Assembly (NCBI GenBank): GCA_964016885.1
Contig: OZ024744.1
Location: 13,144,001 to 13,208,000, forward strand
DNA length: 64,000 nucleotides
Reading direction: 5' to 3'
Source of the DNA: Eledone cirrhosa
Taxonomy: Eukaryota
The translations under genes were made by a program, and so were the position numbers. Numbering within the stretch: the first letter of the stretch is position 1; every line of letters starts with the position of its first letter. The notes under the pieces are model-generated. The model was given only the letters and a program-made list of their open reading frames with translations, searched no databases and was not told the origin of the DNA. Below, one piece after another: positions 11,886 through 25,100 of this stretch.

Positions 11886-13627
11886 CAATCCAGTTAAGGC
11901 CACTCTCTAAATTGAGAGATCACAACTCCAATACTATGGAGATGGGGTTTGAATGTCTCAGTAGATCAGAGAATCGCTCAAGTTAAAGCCACTCTCTAAA
12001 TTGAAAGATCACAACTCCAATACTATGGACATGTGGTTAGAATGTCTCAGTAGATCAGAGTGTCACTACAGTTAGAGCCACTCTCTTAATTGAGAGATCA
12101 CAACTTCCATACTATGGACATGTGGTTAGAATGTCTCAGTAGATCAGAGAGTCACTCCAGTTAAAGCCACTCTCTAAATTGAGAGATCACAACTCCAATA
12201 CTATGGACATGGGGTTTGAATGTCTCAGTAGATCAGAGAGTCGCTCAAGTTAAAGCCACTCTCTAAATTGAGAGATCACAACTCCAATACTATGGACATG
12301 TGGTTAGAATGTCTCAGTAGATCAGAGAGTCACTTCAGTTAAAGCCACTCTCTAAATTAAGAGATCACAACTTCCATACTATGGACATGTGGTTAGAATG
12401 TCTCAGTAGATCAGAGAGTCACTCCAGTTAAAGCCACTCTCTAAATTGAGAGATCACAACTCCAATACTATGGTCATGTGGTTAGAATGTCTCAGTAGAT
12501 CAGAGAGTCACTCCAGTTAAAGCCACTCTCTAAATTCAGAGATCACAACTCCAATACTATGGACATGGGCTTTGAATGTCTCAGTAGATCAGAGAGTCAT
12601 TCCAGTTAAAGCCACTCTCTAAATTGAGAGATCACAACTCCCGTACTCTGGACGTGTGGTTAGAATGTCTCAGTAGATCAGAGAATCACTCCAGTTAAAG
12701 CTACTCTCTAAATTGAGAGATCACAACTCCCACATTATGGAAATGTGGTTACAATGTCTCAGTAGATCAGAGAGTCACTCCAGTTAAAGCCACTCTCTAA
12801 ATTAAGAGATCACAACTCCCGTACTATGGACGTGTGGTTAGAATGTCTCAGTAGATCAGAGAGTCACTCCAGTTAAAGCCACTCTTTAAAATTGAGAGAT
12901 CACAACTCCAATACTATGGACATGTGGTTAGAATGTCTCAGTAGATCAGAGAGTCATTCCAGTTAAAGCCACTCTCTAAATTGAGAGATCACAACTCCCA
13001 TACTATGGACGTGTGGTTAGAATGTCTCAGTAGATCAGAGAATCACTCCAGTTAAAGCTACTCTCTAAATTGAGAGATCACAACTCCTATACTATGGACA
13101 TGTGGTTAGAATGTCTCAGTAGATCAGAGTGTCACTCCAGTAAAAGGCACTCTCTAAATTGAGGGATCACAACTCCCATACTATGGACATGTTGTTAGAA
13201 TGTCTCAGTAGATCAGAGAGTCACTCCAGTTAAAGCCACTCTCTAAATTGAGAGATCACAACTCCAATACTATGGCCATGGGTTTTGAAAGTCTCAGTAG
13301 ATTAGAGTGTCACTCCAGTTAAAGCTACTCTCTAAATTGAGAGATCACAACTCCAATACTATGGACATGGGGTTTGAATGTCTCAGTAGATCAGAGAGTC
13401 GCTCAAGTTAAAGCCACTCTCTAAATTGAGAGATCACAACTCCAATACTATGGACATGTGGTTAGAATGTCTCAGTAGATCGGAGTGTCACTCCAGTTAA
13501 AGCTACTCTCTAAATTGAGAGATCACATCTCCCATACTATGGACATGGGGTTAGAATGTCTCAGTAGATCAGAGAGTCACTCTTGTTAAAGCTACTCTTT
13601 AAATTGAGAGATCACAACTCCCATACT

Positions 13628-16600
13628 ATGGACATGGGGTTTGAATGTCTCAGTAGATCAGAGAGTCACTCCAGTTAAAGCTACTCTCTAAATTGAGAGA
13701 TCACAACTCCAATACTATGGACATGTGGTTAGAATGTCTCAGTAGATCAGAGAATTACTCTAGTTAAAGCTACTCTCTAAATTGAGAGATCACAACTCCC
13801 ATACTATGGACATGTGGTTAGAATGTCTCAGTAGATCAGAGAGTCAGTCCAGTTAGAGCTACTCTCTAAATTGAGAGATCACAACTCCCATACTATGGAC
13901 ATGTGGTTAGAATGTCTCAGTAGATCAGAGAGTCACTCCAGTTAAAGCTACTCTCTAAATTGAGAGATCACAACTCCCATACTATGGACATGGGGTCTGA
14001 ATGTCTCAGTAGATCAGAGAGTCACTCCAGTTAAAGCCACTCTCTAAATTGAGAGATCACAACTCCAATACTATGGACATGTGGTTAGAATGTCTCAGTA
14101 GATCAGAGTGTCACTACAGTTAGAGCCACTCTCTAAATTGAGAGATCACAACTTCCATACTATGGACATGTGGTTAGAATGTCTCAGTAGATCAGAGAGT
14201 CACTCCAGTTAAAGCTACTCTCTAAATTGAGAGATCACAACTCCCATACTATGGACATGGGGTTTGAATGTCTCAGTAGATCAGAGAGTCACTCCAGTTA
14301 AAGCCACTCTCTAAATTGAGAGATCACAACTCCAATACTATGGACATTGGGTTTGAATGTCTCAGTAGATCAGAGAGTCGCTCAAGTTAAAGTCACTCTC
14401 TAAATTGAGAGATCACAACTCCAATACTATGGACATGTGGTTAGAATGTCTCAGTAGATCAGAGAGTCACTTCAGTTAAAGCCACTCTCTAAATTAAGAG
14501 ATCACAACTTCCATACTATGGACATGTGGTTAGAATGTCTCAGTAGATCAGAGAGTCACTCCAGTTAAAGCCACTCTCTAAATTGAGAGATCACAACTCC
14601 AATACTATGGACATGTGGTTAGAATGTCTCAGTAGATCAGAGAGTCACTCCAGTTAAAGCCACTCTCTAAATTCAGAGATCACAACTCCCATACTATGGA
14701 CATGTGGTTACAATCTCTCAGTAGATCAGAGAGTCATTCCAGTTAAAGCCACTCTCTAAATTGAAAGATCACAACTCCCATACTATGGACGTGTGGTTAG
14801 AATGTCTCAGTAGATCAGAGAATCACTCCAGTTAAAGCTACTCTCTAAATTGAGAGATCACAACTCCCATACTATGGAAATGTGGTTAGAATGTCTCAGT
14901 AGATCAGAGAGTCAATCCAGTTAAGGCCACTCTCTAAATTGAGAGATCACAACTCCAATACTATGGACATGGGGTTAGAATGTCTCAGTAGATCAGAGTG
15001 TCACTCCAGTTAAAACCACTCTCTAAATTGAGGGATCACAACTTCCATACTATGGACATGTTGTTAGAATGTCTCTGTAGATCAGAGAGTCACTCCAGTT
15101 AAAGCCACTCTCTAAATTGAGAGATCACAACTCCAATACTATGGAGATGGGGTTTGAATGTCTCAGTAGATCAGAGAATCGCTCAAGTTAAAGCCACTCT
15201 CTAAATTGAAAGATCACAACTCCAATACTATGGACATGTGGTTAGAATGTCTCAGTAGATCAGAGTGTCACTACAGTTAGAGCCACTCTCTTAATTGAGA
15301 GATCACAACTTCCATACTATGGACATGTGGTTAGAATGTCTCAGTAGATCAGAGAGTCACTCCAGTTAAAGCCACTCTCTAAATTGAGAGATCACAACTC
15401 CAATACTATGGACATGGGGTTTGAATGTCTCAGTAGATCAGAGAGTCGCTCAAGTTAAAGCCACTCTCTAAATTGAGAGATCACAACTCCAATACTATGG
15501 ACATGTGGTTAGAATGTCTCAGTAGATCAGAGAGTCACTTCAGTTAAAGCCACTCTCTAAATTAAGAGATCACAACTTCCATACTATGGACATGTGGTTA
15601 GAATGTCTCAGTAGATCAGAGAGTCACTCCAGTTAAAGCCACTCTCTAAATTGAGAGATCACAACTCCAATACTATGGTCATGTGGTTAGAATGTCTCAG
15701 TAGATCAGAGAGTCACTCCAGTTAAAGCCACTCTCTAAATTCAGAGATCACAACTCCAACACTATGGACATGGGCTTTGAATGTCTCAGTAGATCAGAGA
15801 GTCATTCCAGTTAAAGCCACTCTCTAAATTGAGAGATCACAACTCCCGTACTCTGGACGTGTGGTTAGAATGTCTCAGTAGATCAGAGAATCACTCCAGT
15901 TAAAGCTACTCTCTAAATTGAGAGATCACAACTCCCACATTATGGAAATGTGGTTACAATGTCTCAGTAGATCAGAGAGTCACTCCAGTTAAAGCCACTC
16001 TCTAAATTAAGAGATCACAACTCCCGTACTATGGACGTGTGGTTAGAATGTCTCAGTAGATCAGAGAGTCACTCCAGTTAAAGCCACTCTTTAAAATTGA
16101 GAGATCACAACTCCAATACTATGGACATGTGGTTAGAATGTCTCAGTAGATCAGAGAGTCATTCCAGTTAAAGCCACTCTCTAAATTGAGAGATCACAAC
16201 TCCCATACTATGGACGTGTGGTTAGAATGTCTCAGTAGATCAGAGAGTCACTCCAGTTAAAGCCACTCTCTAAATTGAGAGATCACAACTCCAATACTAT
16301 GGCCATGGGTTTTGAAAGTCTCAGTAGATTAGAGTGTCACTCCAGTTAAAGCTACTCTCTAAATTGAGAGATCACAACTCCAATACTATGGACATGGGGT
16401 TTGAATGTCTCAGTAGATCAGAGAGTCGCTCAAGTTAAAGCCACTCTCTAAATTGAGAGATCACAACTCCAATACTATGGACATGTGGTTAGAATGTCTC
16501 AATAGATCGGAGTGTCACTCCAGTTAAAGCTACTCTCTAAATTGAGAGATCACATCTCCCATACTATGGACATGGGGTTAGAATGTCTCAGTAGATCAGA

Positions 16601-19600
16601 GAGTCACTCTTGTTAAAGCTACTCTTTAAATTGAGAGATCACAACTCCCATACTATGGACATGGGGTTTGAATGTCTCAGTAGATCAGAGAGTCACTCCA
16701 GTTAAAGCTACTCTCTAAATTGAGAGATCACAACTCCAATACTATGGACATGTGGTTAGAATGTCTCAGTAGATCAGAGAATCACTCTAGTTAAAGCTAC
16801 TCTCTAAATTGAGAGATCACAACTCCCATACTATGGACATGTGGTTAGAATGTCTCAGTAGATCAGAGAGTCAGTCCAGTTAGAGCTACTCTCTAAATTG
16901 AGAGATCACAACTCCTATACTATGGAAATGGGGTTAGAATGTCTCAGTAGATCAGAGTGTCACTCCAGTTAAAGCCACTCTCTAAATTGAGGGATCACAA
17001 CTCCCATACTATGGACATGTTGTTAGCATGTCTCAGTAGATCAGAGAGTCATTCCAGTTAAAGCCACTCTCTAAATTGTGAGATCACAACTCCAATTCTA
17101 TGGACATGGGGTTTGAAAGACTCAGTAGACTAGAGTGTCACTTCAGTTGAAGCTACTCTCTAAATTGAGAGATCACAACTCCAATAATATGGACATGTGG
17201 TTAGAATGTCTCAGTAGATTAGAGTGTCATTCCAGTTAAAGCTACTCTCTAAATTGAGAGATCACAACTCCCATACTATCGACATGTGGGTAGAATGTCT
17301 CAGTAGATCAGAGAGTCACTCAAGTTAAAGCGACTAATTCTCTAAATTGAGAGATCACAACTCCCATACTATGGACATGTGGTTAGAATGTCTCAGTAGA
17401 TTAGAGTGTCACTCCAGTTAAAGCTACTCTCTAAATTGAGAGATTACAACTCCTATACTATGGACATGTTGTTAGAATGTCTCAGTAGATCAGAGAGTCA
17501 CTCCAGTTAAAGCCACTCTCTAAATTGATAGATCACATCTCCCATACTATGGACGTGTGGTTAGAATGTCTCAGTAGATCAGAGAATCACTCCAGTTAAA
17601 GCTACTCTCTAAATTGAGAGATCACAACTCCCATACTATGGAAATGTGGTTAGAATGTCTCAGTAGATCAGAGGGTCACTCCAGTTAAGGCCACTCTCTA
17701 AATTGAGAGATCACAACTCCAATACTATGGACATGTGGTTAGAATGTCTCAGTAGATCAGAAGGTCACTCCAGTTAAAGCTACACTCTAAATTGAGAGAT
17801 CACAACTCCTATACTATGGACATGGGGTTAGAATGTCTCAGTAGATCAGAGTGTCACTCCAGTTAAAACCACTCTCTAAATTGAGGGATCACAACTCCCA
17901 TACTATGGACATGGGGTTTGAATGTCTCAGTAGATCAGAGAGTCACTCCAGTTAAAGCTACTCTCTAAATTGAGAGATCACAACTCCAATACTATGGACA
18001 TGTGGTTAGAATGTCTCAGTAGATCAGAGAATTACTCTAGTTAAAGCTACTCTCTAAATTGAGAGATCACAACTCCCATACTATGGACATGTGGTTAGAA
18101 TGTCTCAGTAGATCAGAGAGTCAGTCCAGTTAGAGCTACTCTCTAAATTGAGAGATCACAACTCCCATACTATGGACATGTGGTTAGAATGTCTCAGTAG
18201 ATCAGAGAGTCACTCCAGTTAAAGCTACTCTCTAAATTGAGAGATCACAACTCCCATACTATGGACATGGGGTTTGAATGTCTCAGTAGATCAGAGAGTC
18301 ACTCCAGTTAAAGCCACTCTCTAAATTGAGAGATCACAACTCCAATACTATGGACATGTGGTTAGAATGTCTCAGTAGATCAGAGTGTCACTACAGTTAG
18401 AGCCACTCTCTAAATTGAGAGATCACAACTTCCATACTATGGACATGTGGTTAGAATGTCTCAGTAGATCAGAGAGTCACTCCAGTTAAAGCTACTCTCT
18501 AAATTGAGAGATCACAACTCCCATACTATGGACATGGGGTTTGAATGTCTCAGTAGATCAGAGAGTCACTCCAGTTAAAGCCACTCTCTAAATTGAGAGA
18601 TCACAACTCCAATACTATGGACATTGGGTTTGAATGTCTCAGTAGATCAGAGAGTCGCTCAAGTTAAAGTCACTCTCTAAATTGAGAGATCACAACTCCA
18701 ATACTATGGACATGTGGTTAGAATGTCTCAGTAGATCAGAGAGTCACTTCAGTTAAAGCCACTCTCTAAATTAAGAGATCACAACTTCCATACTATGGAC
18801 ATGTGGTTAGAATGTCTCAGTAGATCAGAGAGTCACTCCAGTTAAAGCCACTCTCTAAATTGAGAGATCACAACTCCAATACTATGGACATGTGGTTAGA
18901 ATGTCTCAGTAGATCAGAGAGTCACTCCAGTTAAAGCCACTCTCTAAATTCAGAGATCACAACTCCCATACTATGGACATGTGGTTACAATCTCTCAGTA
19001 GATCAGAGAGTCATTCCAGTTAAAGCCACTCTCTAAATTGAAAGATCACAACTCCCATACTATGGACGTGTGGTTAGAATGTCTCAGTAGATCAGAGAAT
19101 CACTCCAGTTAAAGCTACTCTCTAAATTGAGAGATCACAACTCCCATACTATGGAAATGTGGTTAGAATGTCTCAGTAGATCAGAGAGTCAATCCAGTTA
19201 AGGCCACTCTCTAAATTGAGAGATCACAACTCCAATACTATGGACATGGGGTTAGAATGTCTCAGTAGATCAGAGTGTCACTCCAGTTAAAACCACTCTC
19301 TAAATTGAGGGATCACAACTTCCATACTATGGACATGTTGTTAGAATGTCTCTGTAGATCAGAGAGTCACTCCAGTTAAAGCCACTCTCTAAATTGAGAG
19401 ATCACAACTCCAATACTATGGAGATGGGGTTTGAATGTCTCAGTAGATCAGAGAATCGCTCAAGTTAAAGCCACTCTCTAAATTGAAAGATCACAACTCC
19501 AATACTATGGACATGTGGTTAGAATGTCTCAGTAGATCAGAGTGTCACTACAGTTAGAGCCACTCTCTTAATTGAGAGATCACAACTTCCATACTATGGA

Positions 19601-22181
19601 CATGTGGTTAGAATGTCTCAGTAGATCAGAGAGTCACTCCAGTTAAAGCCACTCTCTAAATTGAGAGATCACAACTCCAATACTATGGACATGGGGTTTG
19701 AATGTCTCAGTAGATCAGAGAGTCGCTCAAGTTAAAGCCACTCTCTAAATTGAGAGATCACAACTCCAATACTATGGACATGTGGTTAGAATGTCTCAGT
19801 AGATCAGAGAGTCACTTCAGTTAAAGCCACTCTCTAAATTAAGAGATCACAACTTCCATACTATGGACATGTGGTTAGAATGTCTCAGTAGATCAGAGAG
19901 TCACTCCAGTTAAAGCCACTCTCTAAATTGAGAGATCACAACTCCAATACTATGGTCATGTGGTTAGAATGTCTCAGTAGATCAGAGAGTCACTCCAGTT
20001 AAAGCCACTCTCTAAATTCAGAGATCACAACTCCAACACTATGGACATGGGCTTTGAATGTCTCAGTAGATCAGAGAGTCATTCCAGTTAAAGCCACTCT
20101 CTAAATTGAGAGATCACAACTCCCGTACTCTGGACGTGTGGTTAGAATGTCTCAGTAGATCAGAGAATCACTCCAGTTAAAGCTACTCTCTAAATTGAGA
20201 GATCACAACTCCCACATTATGGAAATGTGGTTACAATGTCTCAGTAGATCAGAGAGTCACTCCAGTTAAAGCCACTCTCTAAATTAAGAGATCACAACTC
20301 CCGTACTATGGACGTGTGGTTAGAATGTCTCAGTAGATCAGAGAGTCACTCCAGTTAAAGCCACTCTTTAAAATTGAGAGATCACAACTCCAATACTATG
20401 GACATGTGGTTAGAATGTCTCAGTAGATCAGAGAGTCATTCCAGTTAAAGCCACTCTCTAAATTGAGAGATCACAACTCCCATACTATGGACGTGTGGTT
20501 AGAATGTCTCAGTAGATCAGAGAGTCACTCCAGTTAAAGCCACTCTCTAAATTGAGAGATCACAACTCCAATACTATGGCCATGGGTTTTGAAAGTCTCA
20601 GTAGATTAGAGTGTCACTCCAGTTAAAGCTACTCTCTAAATTGAGAGATCACAACTCCAATACTATGGACATGGGGTTTGAATGTCTCAGTAGATCAGAG
20701 AGTCGCTCAAGTTAAAGCCACTCTCTAAATTGAGAGATCACAACTCCAATACTATGGACATGTGGTTAGAATGTCTCAGTAGATCGGAGTGTCACTCCAG
20801 TTAAAGCTACTCTCTAAATTGAGAGATCACATCTCCCATACTATGGACATGGGGTTAGAATGTCTCAGTAGATCAGAGAGTCACTCTTGTTAAAGCTACT
20901 CTTTAAATTGAGAGATCACAACTCCCATACTATGGACATGGGGTTTGAATGTCTCAGTAGATCAGAGAGTCACTCCAGTTAAAGCTACTCTCTAAATTGA
21001 GAGATCACAACTCCAATACTATGGACATGTGGTTAGAATGTCTCAGTAGATCAGAGAATCACTCTAGTTAAAGCTACTCTCTAAATTGAGAGATCACAAC
21101 TCCCATACTATGGACATGTGGTTAGAATGTCTCAGTAGATCAGAGAGTCAGTCCAGTTAGAGCTACTCTCTAAATTGAGAGATCACAACTCCTATACTAT
21201 GGAAATGGGGTTAGAATGTCTCAGTAGATCAGAGTGTCACTCCAGTTAAAGCCACTCTCTAAATTGAGGGATCACAACTCCCATACTATGGACATGTTGT
21301 TAGCATGTCTCAGTAGATCAGAGAGTCATTCCAGTTAAAGCCACTCTCTAAATTGTGAGATCACAACTCCAATTCTATGGACATGGGGTTTGAAAGACTC
21401 AGTAGATTAGAGTGTCACTTCAGTTGAAGCTACTCTCTAAATTGAGAGATCACAACTCCAATAATATGGACATGTGGTTAGAATGTCTCAGTAGATTAGA
21501 GTGTCATTCCAGTTAAAGCTACTCTCTAAATTGAGAGATCACAACTCCCATACTATCGACATGTGGGTAGAATGTCTCAGTAGATCAGAGAGTCACTCAA
21601 GTTAAAGCGACTAATTCTCTAAATTGAGAGATCACAACTCCCATACTATGGACATGTGGTTAGAATGTCTCAGTAGATTAGAGTGTCACTCCAGTTAAAG
21701 CTACTCTCTAAATTGAGAGATTACAACTCCTATACTATGGACATGTTGTTAGAATGTCTCAGTAGATCAGAGAGTCACTCCAGTTAAAGCCACTCTCTAA
21801 ATTGATAGATCACATCTCCCATACTATGGACGTGTGGTTAGAATGTCTCAGTAGATCAGAGAATCACTCCAGTTAAAGCTACTCTCTAAATTGAGAGATC
21901 ACAACTCCCATACTATGGAAATGTGGTTAGAATGTCTCAGTAGATCAGAGGGTCACTCCAGTTAAGGCCACTCTCTAAATTGAGAGATCACAACTCCAAT
22001 ACTATGGACATGTGGTTAGAATGTCTCAGTAGATCAGAAGGTCACTCCAGTTAAAGCTACACTCTAAATTGAGAGATCACAACTCCTATACTATGGACAT
22101 GGGGTTAGAATGTCTCAGTAGATCAGAGTGTCACTCCAGTTAAAACCACTCTCTAAATTGAGGGATCACAACTCCCATACT
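13628..22181 (+). repeat. Near-identical tandem duplication of a 48-monomer block (4277 bp): 13628-17904 and 17905-22181
   Basis: AGTCACTCTCT at 14391/18668, ATGGCC at 16299/20576 and the TAAT insertion at 17335/21612 all give offset 4277 = 48x89+5. Confidence 0.93.
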
Positions 22182-25100
22182 ATGGACATGTTGTTAGAAT
22201 GTCTCTGTAGATCAGAGAGTCACTCCAGTTAAAGCCACTCTCTAAATTGAGAGATCAAAACTCCAATACTATGGAGATGGGGTTTGAATGTCTCAGTAGA
22301 TTAGAGAGTCGCTCAAGTTAAAGCCACTCTCTAAATTGAGAGATCACAACTCCAATACTATGGACATGTGGTTAGAATGTCTCAGTAGATCAGAGTGTTA
22401 CTACAGTTAGAGCCACTCTCTTAATTAAGAGATCACAACTTCCATAATATGGACATGTGGTTAGAATGTCTCAGTAGATCAGAGAGTCACTCCAGTTAAA
22501 GCTACTCTCTAAATTGAGAGATCACAACTCCCATACTATGGACATGGGGTTTGAATGTCTCAGTAGATCAGAGAGTCACTCCAGTTAAAGCCACTCTCTA
22601 AATTGAGAGATCACAACTCCAATACTATGGACATGGGGTTTGAATGTCTCAGTAGATCAGAGAGTCGCTCAAGTTAAAGCCACTCTCTAAATTGAGAGAT
22701 CACAACTCCAATACTATGGACATGTGGTTAGAATGTCTCAGTAGATCAGAGAGTCACTTCAGTTAAAGCCACTCTCTAAATTAAGAGATCACAACTTCCA
22801 TACTATGGACGTGTGGATAGAATGTCTCAGTAGATCAGAGAGTCACTCCAGTTAAAGCCACTCTCTAAATTGAGAGATCACAACTCCAATACTATGGTCA
22901 TGTGGTTAGAATGTCTCAGTAGATCAGAGAGTCACTCCAGTTAAAGCCACTCTCTAAATTCAGAGATCACAACTCCAACATTATGGACATGGGCTTTGAA
23001 TGTCTCAGTAGATCAGAGAGTCATTCCAGTTAAAGCCACTCTCTAAATTGAGAGATCACAACTCCCGTACTATGGACGTGTGGTTAGAATGTCTCAGTAG
23101 ATCAGAGAATCACTCCAGTTAAAGCTACTCTCTAAATTGAGAGATCACAACTCCCACATTATGGAAATGTGGTTACAATGTCTCAGTAGATCAGAGAGTC
23201 ACTCCAGTTAAAGCCACTCTCTAAATTAAGAGATCACAACTCCAATACTATGGACATGTGGTTAGAATGTCTCAGTAGATCAGAAAGTCACTCCAGTTAA
23301 AGCTACACTCTAAATTGAGAGATCACAACTCCTATACTATGGACATGGGGTTAGAATGTCTCAGTAGATCAGAGTGTCACTCCAGTTAAAGCCACTCTCT
23401 AAGTTGAGGGATCACAACTCCCATACTATGGACATGTTGTTAGAATGTCTCAGTAGATCAGAGAGTCACTCCAGTTAAAGCCACTCTCTAAATTGAGAGA
23501 TCACAACTCCAATTCTATGGACATGGGGTTTGAATGTCTCAGTAGATCAGAGAATCACTCCAGTTAAAGCCACTCTCTAAATTGAGAGATCACAACTCCA
23601 ATACTATGGACATGGGGTTTGAATGTCTCAGTAGATCAGAGAGTCGCTCAAGTTAAAGCCACTGTCTAAATTGAGAGATCACAACTCCAATACTATGTAC
23701 ATGTGGTTAGAATGTCTCAGTAGATCAGAGAGTCACTCCAGTTAAAGCCACTCTCTAAATTGAGAGATCACAACTCCAACACTATGGACATAGGCTTTGA
23801 ATGTCTCAGTAGATCAGAGTGTCACTCCAGTTAAAGCCACTCTCTAAATTGAGGGATCACAACTCCCATACTATGGACATGTTGTTAGAATGTCTCAGTA
23901 GATCAGAGAGTCACTCCAGTTAAAGCCACTCTTTAAAATTGAGAGATCACAACTCCAATACTATGGACATGTGGTTAGAACGTCTCAGTAGATCAGAGAG
24001 TCATTCCAGTTAAAGCCACTCTCTAAATTGAGAGATCACAACTCCCATACTATGGACGTGTGGTTAGAATGTCTCAGTAGATCAGAGAATCACTCCAGTT
24101 AAAGCTACACTCTAAATTGAGAGATCACAACTCCTATACTATGGACATGGGGTTAGAATGTTTCAGTAGATCAGAGTGTCACTCCATTAAAAGGCACTCT
24201 CTAAATTGAGGGATCACAACTCCCATACTATGGACATGTTGTTAGAATGTCTCAGTAGATCAGAGAGTCACTCCAGTTAAAGCCACTCTCTAAATTGAGA
24301 GATCACAACTACAATACTATGGCCATGGGTTTTGAAACTCTCAGTAGATTAGAGTGTCACTCCAGTTAAAGCTACTCTCTAAATTGAGAGATCACAACTC
24401 CAATACTATGGACATGGGCTTTGAATGTCTCAGTAGATCAGAGAGTCGCTCAAGTTAAAGCCACTCTCTAAATTGAGATATCACAACTCTAATACTATGG
24501 ACATGTGGTTAGAATGTCTCAGTAGATCGGAGTGTCACTCCAGTTAAAGCTACTCTCTAAATTGAGAGATCACATCTCCCATACTATGGACATGGGGTTA
24601 GAATGTCTCAGTAGATCAGAGAGTCACTCTTGTTAAAGCTACTCTTTAAATTGAGAGATCACAACTCCCATACTATGGACATGGGGTTTGAATGTCTCAG
24701 TAGATCAGAGAGTCACTCCAGTTAAAGCTACTCTCTAAATTGAGAGATCACAACTCCAATACTATGGACATGTGGTTAGAATGTCTCAGTAGATCAGAGA
24801 ATCACTCTAGTTAAAGCTACTCTCTAAATTGAGAGATCACAACTCCCATACTATGGACATGTGGTTAGAATGTCTCAGTAGATCAGAGAGTCAGTCCAGT
24901 TAGAGCTACTCTCTAAATTGAGAGATCACAACTCCTATACTATGGACATGGGGTTAGAATGTCTCAGTAGATCAGAGTGTCACTCCAGTTAAAGCCACTC
25001 TCTAAATTGAGGGATCACAACTCCCATACTATGGACATGTTGTTAGCATGTCTCAGTAGATCAGAGAGTCATTCCAGTTAAAGCCACTCTCTAAATTGTG

